Positions 24,788 to 32,000 of a DNA stretch of 32,000 nt are shown piece by piece; position 1 is the stretch's first letter, and each line of letters begins with the position of its first letter. The position numbers were made by a program, and so were the translations under genes. This stretch comes from Gemmata obscuriglobus (GTDB taxonomy: Bacteria > Planctomycetota > Planctomycetia > Gemmatales > Gemmataceae): contig NZ_CP042911.1 in the NCBI RefSeq assembly GCF_008065095.1, positions 2,370,001 to 2,402,000 on the forward strand, in the 5' to 3' direction. The notes beneath the pieces were generated by a model. It was not told where the DNA came from and did no database searches. It saw nothing but the letters and a program-made list of their open reading frames with translations.

Positions 24788-25933
24788 ATGAACCGACCGA
24801 TCATCGTTCTTGACGGCGGCGGGCTTGATGTTCCGGTCCCGAGGAACGGCCAGTTTCGCTACGTCTCAGACTTGCTTCGTGGATTGGCAGACATCGCCCC
24901 GCCTGCGCGGTTCGTATTCCTCGGTGGTACTCCAGAACCGCAGCCCGAATTTGCTGGCGTGTTCGAGGCCCGAAGCCGGTGGCGATACGAGCACTTTCCC
25001 CGCACGCACGGGCGGGGTTCAATGGTGCTCGACCAACTCCGCCTTGCGATTGTACTGTGGAGGCTGAAGGCTGACCTGTGTCACAGCCTGCACACCGCGC
25101 TGCCAGTTTTAGCCCCGTGCCCGGTTGTGGGGACCGTTCTTGATCTGATGTTCGAGCTGTTTCCCGAATACGCGCAGGCGGTACGGTCTCGTCCGTATCG
25201 GTTGTTCCGTTGGGCGGCGCGGCACCAGGCGCGGCGCCTCGTCTGCATCTCCGCGACCACGGCCGATGACGTGAAGCGGCTTTGGCGCGTGCCGTCGTCG
25301 CGGATTGATGTGATTCAACTGGGGACCAACTTTCTCGGCCACTCGACCGCAGTGGCCGTTGCAGAAGTTCTGGCGCACGATCGCGTGGTGCTTTCGCCGT
25401 ACAACCTTGAGCCGCGTAAAAACCTTGCAGGGCTGCTGCGCGCCTTCGCCCGGTGTCGCCCGGCCTGTGCGCAACTCGTACTCTATGGCCGTGCCGCCGT
25501 CACGCCGCAACGCGAGGCCGAGTTTGATGCCTTAGTTGCTGAACTCGGTCTCGCGCCGAAGGTCATTCGTGTGGGCTATGTGACGGACGCAGAGCTCAGA
25601 TGGTTGTATCGCCGGGCGTCCGTGTTTGTGTTCCCGAGTTTGTACGAAGGGTTTGGTTATCCGGTGCTTGAGGCGATGGCGGCGGGCGCGCGAGTGGTCG
25701 CGCGAACTGCCTCGGCTCCGGCCGAAGTGGTAGGCCCCGCGGGCGTGCTGGTCGAAACCGCCGATCCAGAGCAGTTGGCGAGCGCCATCGATCGGTTGTT
25801 AGCCGACAGCGAGCGCGCTTCTGTCCTCGGTCGGTTGGCGGCCGCACGGGCGGAGGAATATACCGTGAGCCGGATGGCTGAGCAGACGTGGCGGGTTTAT
25901 CAGAAGGCGCTTGGCCGGTGCGACCAGACATAG
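24788..25933 (+). CDS. Glycosyltransferase family 4 (GT-B fold)
   Basis: FPSLYEGFGYPVLEAMAAGARVVA motif and a GT-B two-domain layout. ATG start as in the ORF track. Confidence 0.85.
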   Translation: MNRPIIVLDGGGLDVPVPRNGQFRYVSDLLRGLADIAPPARFVFLGGTPEPQPEFAGVFEARSRWRYEHFPRTHGRGSMVLDQLRLAIVLWRLKADLCHSLHTALPVLAPCPVVGTVLDLMFELFPEYAQAVRSRPYRLFRWAARHQARRLVCISATTADDVKRLWRVPSSRIDVIQLGTNFLGHSTAVAVAEVLAHDRVVLSPYNLEPRKNLAGLLRAFARCRPACAQLVLYGRAAVTPQREAEFDALVAELGLAPKVIRVGYVTDAELRWLYRRASVFVFPSLYEGFGYPVLEAMAAGARVVARTASAPAEVVGPAGVLVETADPEQLASAIDRLLADSERASVLGRLAAARAEEYTVSRMAEQTWRVYQKALGRCDQT

Positions 25934-26183
25934 TACAGGTATACGACGTGGTGCCGGCTCCTCCATTGGTGCTTGGTCGGAGCGCCCGCCGCTTGAACAA
26001 GTGCCGACGGTCGTAACAAGACTGCGAAAGAGTGCTTTGCTGTCCTTCCGTTTATTTCGTGAAGGGCGATCGACGGTGTGGTGGTTCTTCGGGTTGCTGC
26101 TGCTCGAACGTTCGCACCGCGGAAGTGCGTGCCATCGGGCGTTCGACCTTCTAATCTGCGACGGCCTCAACCGAGGCGAACGA

Positions 26184-27131
26184 ATGGCACAAGTTCAAGC
26201 TCCAACGCCTACCGCCCTGCAGTACTCGGTGGTCATCGTTACCTACCGTCGCCACGAACCGCTGTGCGACACGCTGCGCGCGCTCGGTCCGCACATCGAC
26301 CCGGCGGTCGGCGAGGTTCTGGTGATCGACCAGTTACCGCCCGGCCCTCTGCCCGCGGACGTCCTCGCCACGCCCGGGTTGCGGTACGTCTCTCTGGACC
26401 GGCCGGGGATGGTCCCGGCCCGCAACGATGGCATCCGCCGCGCACGCGGGGAGATCGTGCTGTTCCTCGACGACGACATCGTGCCGCTCCCCGGTCTGAT
26501 CGACGGGCATTTGGCCGCGTACCGCGATCCCGCGGTCGGTGGCGTCGCGGGCCGTATTCTGGACCCCGGAGTTGAGCCGGCGGCCGAGCAACCCGACCCC
26601 CGGTCCTTCGACTCGAGGCGGGGCTGGGAGTACGCCACGTTCGACCACACCACCCCGGCCGACGTGCTGACTGCTCGGGGGTGTAACATGTCGTTCCGCC
26701 GGGAGATACTGTGCCGGCTCGGCGGGTTCGATCGTAACATCGAGATTTTCCGCGATGACACGGATATGTCCCTACGGGTGATTGCGGGCGGGTGGAAGGT
26801 GCGGTTCGCGCCCGCCGCGGGGCTCGTCCACCTGAGCACGCCGAGCGGCGGCACTCGCCAGGCGAAGACCTCCGCCGGGTACTGGGGGCGCGAGTGGGGT
26901 ATCTATCGGCAGAGCTTTCGGCACTATCGCGACAACCTGTACTTCTTATTTCGCCACCTGCGAGGCCCGGCGCGTTGGTCGGCGGTCTGGCGTGCGTACC
27001 GTGGATACGTCGGGCTGTCGCGGTGGCCGTGGCGACTGGCGGCCAAGAACGCCGCGTTCGGCTTGGCCCTTTTGCACGCAACTCGGATGGCGCGTCGGCG
27101 CCGGTACCAACCATGCGTTCTGGACGAATGA
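26184..27131 (+). CDS. Glycosyltransferase family 2 (GT-A fold)
   Basis: YSVVIVTYRRHEPL N-terminus, VPARNDGIRRARGEIVLFLDDDIVP (DxD), and GCNMSFRRE. Start at ATG 26184 (MAQVQAP...); the ORF-track extension from 25911 overlaps the previous gene. Confidence 0.85.
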   Translation: MAQVQAPTPTALQYSVVIVTYRRHEPLCDTLRALGPHIDPAVGEVLVIDQLPPGPLPADVLATPGLRYVSLDRPGMVPARNDGIRRARGEIVLFLDDDIVPLPGLIDGHLAAYRDPAVGGVAGRILDPGVEPAAEQPDPRSFDSRRGWEYATFDHTTPADVLTARGCNMSFRREILCRLGGFDRNIEIFRDDTDMSLRVIAGGWKVRFAPAAGLVHLSTPSGGTRQAKTSAGYWGREWGIYRQSFRHYRDNLYFLFRHLRGPARWSAVWRAYRGYVGLSRWPWRLAAKNAAFGLALLHATRMARRRRYQPCVLDE

Positions 27132-28213
27132 GCCATCCGCGAGTGGTCCACGTCACCCCCGCCCTGTTCGGGGAGGGGGGCGTGTTCGGCGGCGCCGAGC
27201 GGTACTCGCTCGAACTCGCCCGCCACATGGCGAAGGTCGTGCCGACTGCCCTTGTGGCTTTCGGCGACGAGCCCAGGCGGTTCACCACCCCCGAAGGGCT
27301 CCGGGTGCGCGTGCTCGGGCCGGCGTGGCGGGTCCGCGGGCAGGCGTTTAACCGGTTCCACTCGGGGGTCGTGCGCGCGGTTGCGGGTGCCGATGTGGTC
27401 CACTGCCACCAGCCCCGCATGCTCGCCTCGGAGGTTTGCGCTTTACTCGCCCGCGCCACCGGGCGGCGGGCGTTCGCGTCCGACCTCGGCGCCGGGGGGT
27501 GGGGGTTCTCCTCCCGGCTGAATACGGACGGCTGGTTCCACGGGCACTTGCACATCAGTGAGTACAGCCGCCAGGTGGCTGGCCACGTCGGGCGTCCCGG
27601 TGCCGGCGTCATTTACGGCGGGGTGAATACCGACCTGTTCGCGCCTGATTCGAGCGTGCCGCGCGAGCCGCTGGTCGTGTTCGTCGGCCGGCTGATGCCG
27701 CACAAGGGCGTGGACGTCCTTATTGACGCGCTGCCCGGCGGGATGGACCTGGAGCTGATCGGCCGGCCGTACCACGAGCGGTTCTTCGCCGACCTGAAGC
27801 GGCTGGCGGCCGGCAAGCGGGTCACGTTTCGGCCCGACTGCGGGGACGACGACATCGTCCGCGCCTACCGACGGGCCGCGTGCGTAGTGCTGCCAAGTTT
27901 GTATCGAGATTGCTACGGCAATGAATCGAAGGTGCCGGAGCTGCTCGGCCAGACGCTGATCGAGGGAATGGCCTGCGGTGCGCCCGGCATTTGTACCGCG
28001 GTGGCCAGCCTGCCTGAAGTGGTCACGGACGGCGAAACCGGGTTCGTGGTGCCGCCCAACGACCCCTCCGCGCTCCGCGCGCGGCTCGAGTTCCTCCGGG
28101 ACAATGCGACCGCAGTTGGCGAACTCGGGCGGGCCGCCCGCACGCGGGTGCTGAACCATTTCACCTGGGGCGGTACCGTGATGCGATGCCTGGAAGCCTA
28201 TGCCGCAGGGTGA
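27128..28213 (+). CDS. Glycosyltransferase family 4 (GT-B fold)
   Basis: RVVHVTPALFGEGGVFGGAERYSLELARHM N-terminus and ELLGQTLIEGMACGAPGICT motif. ATG 27128 overlaps the GT2 stop (ATGA). Confidence 0.85.
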   Translation: MSHPRVVHVTPALFGEGGVFGGAERYSLELARHMAKVVPTALVAFGDEPRRFTTPEGLRVRVLGPAWRVRGQAFNRFHSGVVRAVAGADVVHCHQPRMLASEVCALLARATGRRAFASDLGAGGWGFSSRLNTDGWFHGHLHISEYSRQVAGHVGRPGAGVIYGGVNTDLFAPDSSVPREPLVVFVGRLMPHKGVDVLIDALPGGMDLELIGRPYHERFFADLKRLAAGKRVTFRPDCGDDDIVRAYRRAACVVLPSLYRDCYGNESKVPELLGQTLIEGMACGAPGICTAVASLPEVVTDGETGFVVPPNDPSALRARLEFLRDNATAVGELGRAARTRVLNHFTWGGTVMRCLEAYAAG

Positions 28214-28214
28214 C

Positions 28215-29384
28215 ATGCGAGTTCTGATTGCGACACAGCATTTGAGTATCGTTGGCGGCGTCGAAACCTACCTTCGGGCCGTGCTCCCGCACCTCCGTGC
28301 GCGCGGTTTTGATGTGGCCCTGCTGGCCGAGCACGGCGCGACCGACGCGGGGGTGGGCGCGGGCGTCCCCGGGGTGCCGGTGTGGGTCGGGCCGGAGGCT
28401 TTTCGCGAGGTGGTGCGGTGGGCGCCCGACGTGGTGTACAGCCAAGGGCTGGCGGACACGGTGCTGGAGGCCGCCCTCGCCGACCGATTCCCAACCATAT
28501 TTTACGCGCACAACTACCACGGCACTTGCGTGAGCGGAACCAAGTGCCACTCGCGGCCCCGGTTCGAGCCCTGCGACCGGGTGCTGGGGTTGGGGTGCCT
28601 CGCGGCGTACCTGCCGCGGGGGTGCGGCGGGCGGAACCCGCTCACCATGTTGGGCCTGTACCGGACCCAGCGCCGGCGCCGCGCGAACGTGGACCGGTAC
28701 CGTGCCGTCCTCGTCGCCAGCCGGCACATGGCGGCCGAATACGGGCGGCACGGGGTGTCTGCGGACCGGCTACGGCTCCTGCCGCTGTTCCCCCCGGACG
28801 CCGTGCCCGACCCGGAGCCGCCCGTGCCGCGCCGGCGGTCCGACCGGGTGCTGTTCGTGGGCCGGGTGACCGCGCTGAAGGGGCTCACGCACCTGATTGA
28901 GGCGATGCCCCGGGCGTGTGCGGAACTGGGGCGAACACTCACGCTCGTGGTTGCCGGAGACGGTCCGGCGCTTTCAGCGGCGACGACCGAGGCGACACGT
29001 TTCGGGGTTCGGGTTGAGTTCCTGGGGTGGGTGAAGGCCGACCGGCGGGCGGCCGAGATGCGAGCGGCCGACGTACTCGCCGTCCCCAGCGTGTGGCCGG
29101 AGCCCTTCGGGTTGGTCGGTGTCGAGGCCGGCTGCGTCGGGCTGCCGGCTGTAGCTTTTGCGACGGGTGGGGTTCCGGACTGGCTCGAACCCGGTGTGTC
29201 CGGTGAGTCTGCCCCGGGGCTCCATCCGAATGCCGAAGAGTTGGCCTCGGCGTTGGTCCGTATACTCTCCACCGAGGCCCATTGGCACCAACTACGTATT
29301 GGCGCGTGGGAGACCGCGAAGCGATTCAGTGCTGAGGCGCACCTCAGCCGATTGATCAACGTACTTCGGCAGGCGGCTACCTAA
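28215..29384 (+). CDS. Glycosyltransferase family 4 (GT-B fold) with a 5-Cys insertion in the N-terminal domain
   Basis: MRVLIATQHLSIVGGVETYL N-terminus and VPSVWPEPFGLVGVEAGCVGLPAVAF motif. ATG 28215 starts 1 nt after the upstream stop. Cys cluster: C-x5-CH-x7-C-x7-C-x8-C (aa 105-137). Confidence 0.85.
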   Translation: MRVLIATQHLSIVGGVETYLRAVLPHLRARGFDVALLAEHGATDAGVGAGVPGVPVWVGPEAFREVVRWAPDVVYSQGLADTVLEAALADRFPTIFYAHNYHGTCVSGTKCHSRPRFEPCDRVLGLGCLAAYLPRGCGGRNPLTMLGLYRTQRRRRANVDRYRAVLVASRHMAAEYGRHGVSADRLRLLPLFPPDAVPDPEPPVPRRRSDRVLFVGRVTALKGLTHLIEAMPRACAELGRTLTLVVAGDGPALSAATTEATRFGVRVEFLGWVKADRRAAEMRAADVLAVPSVWPEPFGLVGVEAGCVGLPAVAFATGGVPDWLEPGVSGESAPGLHPNAEELASALVRILSTEAHWHQLRIGAWETAKRFSAEAHLSRLINVLRQAAT

Positions 29385-29386
29385 AA

Positions 29387-30520
29387 ATGACTCGTCGTTG
29401 GGCGATTATTACCGGCGAGTACCCGACGAAATCCGGCGGGGTCGCGGACTACACCCAACTGGTGGCTCGTGGGTTGGCCGCGGCCGGGGACACTGTGACG
29501 GTGTTCGCGCCCCGGTACTCAGGGCCGACTGCGGACGATCCAGGTGTGACGGTCGTTCGGTTGCTGGACCATTTCGGCCCCCGCGGGCTGATCGCCCTCG
29601 ACGGCCAACTCGCCCGGCTGCGCCCGGATCGGATACTGGTGCAGTACGTGCCGCACGCCTACGGGTACAAGGCGCTGAACCTACCGTTCGCTGCGTGGGT
29701 GGCGGCCCGGGCTCCCCGGATCGCACCGGTCTGGGTGATGTTTCACGAGGTTGCGTTTCCGTTCGCGTGGCGCTACCCGCACCTGATCCTCGGAGCCGCG
29801 AACGCGGTTATGGCCCGGCTCGTTGCCGGCGGGGCGGATCGAGTGCTCGTCTCGGTGCCCCAGTGGGCCGAGCGGTTGCGCCGGCTCAGCCCGCGCGCGC
29901 GACCAGGCGAGTGGGTGCCGGTGCCGAGTAACATCCCGCACGTTCCGCGCGTTCCGGCTCTCAAGGCGGATGGGAATTTTACCATCGGCCATTTTGGGAC
30001 GTACGGGGCGGCCGTCGCGCCCCTGCTCGAACCCGCACTCGCACGCCTCCTCGCGCCCGCGGGACGGGTCGCGTTACTGCTCGGACGCGGCGCGGGCAAG
30101 TTCGCAGGTTCGTTCGGGGATCGGCACCCCGCACTGGCGCACCGGGTGACCGCGGTCGGGGGGCTGTCGGGCTCCGGCATCGCGGAACATTTCCACCGCT
30201 GCGACATGCTACTTCAGCCGTACATTGATGGGCTCAGCTGCCGACGCGGAAGTGCGATGGCGGGGCTGGCGAACGGTATACCCGTGGTGTCGAACGCGGG
30301 CGCGGCCACGGAAAGGATGTGGGCTGTTGAGGGGGCGGGATGTGTCGCGCTTGCGCCCTCTGCCAGTTCTGACGCCCTGGCGGCCGAGGCCGAGGCCCTG
30401 ATCGCGCTGCCCGCCGGGGCGCGGGAGGGCGTCGGCCAGCGCGGTGCGGAACTGTATCACAAACGATTTAGTTTAGAGAATACGCTCGAAGTGCTTCGCG
30501 GTCGCTCGGCGGCGGGATAA
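29387..30520 (+). CDS. Divergent GT-B-fold glycosyltransferase-like protein
   Basis: N-terminus WAIITGEYPTKSGGVADYT is typical of GT-B enzymes. The C-terminal region LLQPYIDGLSCRRGSAMAGLANGIPVVSN replaces the canonical EX7E. ATG starts 2 nt after the upstream stop. The assignment is weaker than for the other GTs. Confidence 0.6.
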   Translation: MTRRWAIITGEYPTKSGGVADYTQLVARGLAAAGDTVTVFAPRYSGPTADDPGVTVVRLLDHFGPRGLIALDGQLARLRPDRILVQYVPHAYGYKALNLPFAAWVAARAPRIAPVWVMFHEVAFPFAWRYPHLILGAANAVMARLVAGGADRVLVSVPQWAERLRRLSPRARPGEWVPVPSNIPHVPRVPALKADGNFTIGHFGTYGAAVAPLLEPALARLLAPAGRVALLLGRGAGKFAGSFGDRHPALAHRVTAVGGLSGSGIAEHFHRCDMLLQPYIDGLSCRRGSAMAGLANGIPVVSNAGAATERMWAVEGAGCVALAPSASSDALAAEAEALIALPAGAREGVGQRGAELYHKRFSLENTLEVLRGRSAAG

Positions 30521-30584
30521 AGCCCGAGTCATGAGACGTTCGCTGGTACCGCGGCTGGCCGCGAACTGGCACTCCGCTGGTACA

Positions 30585-30606
30585 TCGCTACCCACTCGCT
30601 ACCCAC
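30585..30606. repeat. Tandem direct repeat, 2 x 11 bp (tcgctacccac tcgctacccac)
   Basis: Read directly. It lies in the 265-bp spacer upstream of the last GT gene. cgctggtac also occurs twice nearby (30541 and 30575). Confidence 0.8.
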
Positions 30607-30628
30607 TAACGGCAGGGCATTTTCACAG

Positions 30629-30646
30629 ACTGTTCGCGCGAACAGT
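30629..30646. promoter_or_regulatory. 18-bp perfect palindrome actgttcgc|gcgaacagt (candidate operator or RNA hairpin)
   Basis: Read directly; about 140 nt upstream of ATG 30786. Not followed by a T-tract, so not a typical intrinsic terminator. Confidence 0.35.
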
Positions 30647-30785
30647 TCTAAACCAGTCGCGTGCCATCTGACGGTTGTGAGCGAACGCCTTGGGCGCCAC
30701 TGCTGTTAGGCCGCTGCTACCCGTAACATCGACAGTAGCGGTAAAAAGCCGCAAGCGGCCCTGATGGGCTCCAGGTGGAGAGCGA

Positions 30786-31949
30786 ATGAAGGCCCGTCGT
30801 TTGCTAACCGTTGGCCACTCGTACGTGGTGGCGCTAAATCGCCGGCTGGCGCACGAGATGGCCCTTGCCGGAAGAGGGACGTGGGAGGTGACCGCGGTCG
30901 CCCCGAAATTCGTGTACGGTGACCTTCGGCAGATCGAATTGGAACCTTATCCAGGCGAGGCGTGCCGGCTGGAACCGGTCGCCGCGTACCTGTCTCGCTG
31001 GATTCACGTTATGGCCTACGGCCGGCGGGTGCGGGCGCTGCTACGCGAACCGTGGGATCTCGTTCACTGCTGGGGGGAGCCGTACACGCTTTCCGGCTTT
31101 CAGGTGGCCCGGTGGGCGCCCGCCGGGGCGCCGTTCGTGTTCTGGACCGCCCAGAACTTGGCAAAGCGGTACCCGTTGCCGTTCCGGTGGTTCGAGCGGT
31201 CCGTTCTGCGCCGGGCGGACGGCTGGCTCGCGTGCGGCCAGACAACGGTGGACGCACAGTTGGGACGCGACTCGGGCTACGACAGCAAGCCGCACCGGGT
31301 GATGCCGCTGGGCGTTGACCTTGATGTGTTTCGGCCGGATCCCGTGTCCGGTGCGGCCGTCCGCCGGCAACTCGGGTGGGACGTTAATGGCCCACCGGTG
31401 GTCGGGTACTTGGGGCGGTTCATCGGCGAGAAGGGGCTTCCGCTTCTGACCCGGGCGCTTGACATGCTCTCGGTTCCGTGGCGGGCGCTGTTCGTCGGGG
31501 GGGGGCCGCTCGAGATCGAACTGCGGACCTGGGGGCAGAAGTACGGTGACCGCGTCCGGGTGGTTACGGGGGTGCCGCACGATCGGGTGCCCGCGCACCT
31601 CGCCGCGATGGACGTACTGGCGGCGCCGAGCCAAACCACGCCGCGGTGGAAGGAGCAACTCGGTCGAATGCTGATCGAGGCGTTCGCGTGCGGGGTTGCG
31701 GTCGCCGGCAGCGATTCCGGTGAGATCCCGCACGTCATTGGCGACGCCGGGCGCGTGGTTCCCGAGGCCGACGAGGCGGCGTGGGCTGTGACACTGGCCG
31801 AACTGGTCGAAAACCGGAACGCGCGCGACGAACTGGCGGCCCGCGGGTTGGAGCGGGCTCGCACCGCGTTCGCCTGGCCGGTCGTTGCCGGTCAACACTT
31901 GGACTTTTTCAATGAGTTGCTCGATCGTTCCAGGTATAATCGCGGTTGA
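30786..31949 (+). CDS. Glycosyltransferase family 4 (GT-B fold)
   Basis: LLTVGHSYVVALNRRLAHEM N-terminus and APSQTTPRWKEQLGRMLIEAFACGVAVAGSDSGEIPHVIGD motif. GGTGGAGAG lies upstream of the ATG. Confidence 0.85.
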   Translation: MKARRLLTVGHSYVVALNRRLAHEMALAGRGTWEVTAVAPKFVYGDLRQIELEPYPGEACRLEPVAAYLSRWIHVMAYGRRVRALLREPWDLVHCWGEPYTLSGFQVARWAPAGAPFVFWTAQNLAKRYPLPFRWFERSVLRRADGWLACGQTTVDAQLGRDSGYDSKPHRVMPLGVDLDVFRPDPVSGAAVRRQLGWDVNGPPVVGYLGRFIGEKGLPLLTRALDMLSVPWRALFVGGGPLEIELRTWGQKYGDRVRVVTGVPHDRVPAHLAAMDVLAAPSQTTPRWKEQLGRMLIEAFACGVAVAGSDSGEIPHVIGDAGRVVPEADEAAWAVTLAELVENRNARDELAARGLERARTAFAWPVVAGQHLDFFNELLDRSRYNRG

Positions 31950-32000
31950 TCAATTTTGCTGGTTGTATCGGGGCGATTGTCGTGTATGAGTGCCCGCGGA

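Noticed and set aside
30567-30582. TGGCAC-N5-TGGTA, resembling a sigma-54 -24/-12 promoter upstream of the last GT. Weaker TGGCAG-N5-TTATG lies at about 1740 and TGGCTG...TTGC at about 24680.
   Set aside because: The -12 element lacks the conserved GC dinucleotide or the spacing is off by 1-2 nt. No enhancer-binding protein gene is in the window.
1-32000. Search for CRISPR arrays, transposases/integrases, toxin-antitoxin pairs, defence-system genes or rRNA/tRNA.
   Set aside because: Nothing in the six-frame translations or the repeat structure supports any of these. The only sizeable repeat is the 205-bp junction duplication reported above.

Overview
High-GC bacterial window, roughly mid-60s % GC by eye. 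Protein motifs suggest a Planctomycetota-like organism, but that is inference only. The window is essentially one large surface-polysaccharide (EPS/O-antigen type, Wzx/Wzy-dependent) biosynthesis and export locus, almost entirely on the + strand.

Gene order:
- The window opens inside an exosortase fused to an EpsI-family domain.
- Next come a WecA/MraY-type initiating phosphoglycosyl transferase with an unexplained C-terminal extension, a fused Wzc-type co-polymerase/tyrosine autokinase, and a CpsB-type PHP tyrosine phosphatase.
- On the minus strand sit a Wza-like export lipoprotein and an unknown proline-rich lipoprotein.
- Back on the + strand: a secreted trypsin-like protease with a small secreted ORF, a Wzy_C (O-antigen-ligase-like)-TPR fusion, and a parallel beta-helix protein.
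- A ~16.6 kb run follows with nine glycosyltransferases (eight GT-B/GT4-like, one GT2), two methyltransferases (class I SAM and FkbM), a second Wzy-like membrane protein and a Wzx-type flippase.

I recognised no rRNA, tRNA, CRISPR array, transposase or integrase.

Many long ORF-track entries are antisense or out-of-frame artefacts of the high GC content. Several + strand calls carry spurious N-terminal extensions, which I trimmed using motifs, Shine-Dalgarno-like sequences and stop/start overlaps.

The most unusual structure is a ~205-bp imperfect direct repeat (20173-20377 and 21391-21596). It duplicates the Wzy-stop/GT-start junction and brackets an AT-rich leader plus the FkbM methyltransferase gene, which looks like a captured, potentially excisable glycan-modification cassette.

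Other points worth follow-up:
- the protease/small-peptide module
- the beta-helix protein's non-canonical N-terminus (LEDRSVPA motif, no hydrophobic signal peptide)
- a degraded GT remnant
- several long non-coding spacers containing palindromes and repeats

All family assignments come from motif recognition by eye. No searches were run.
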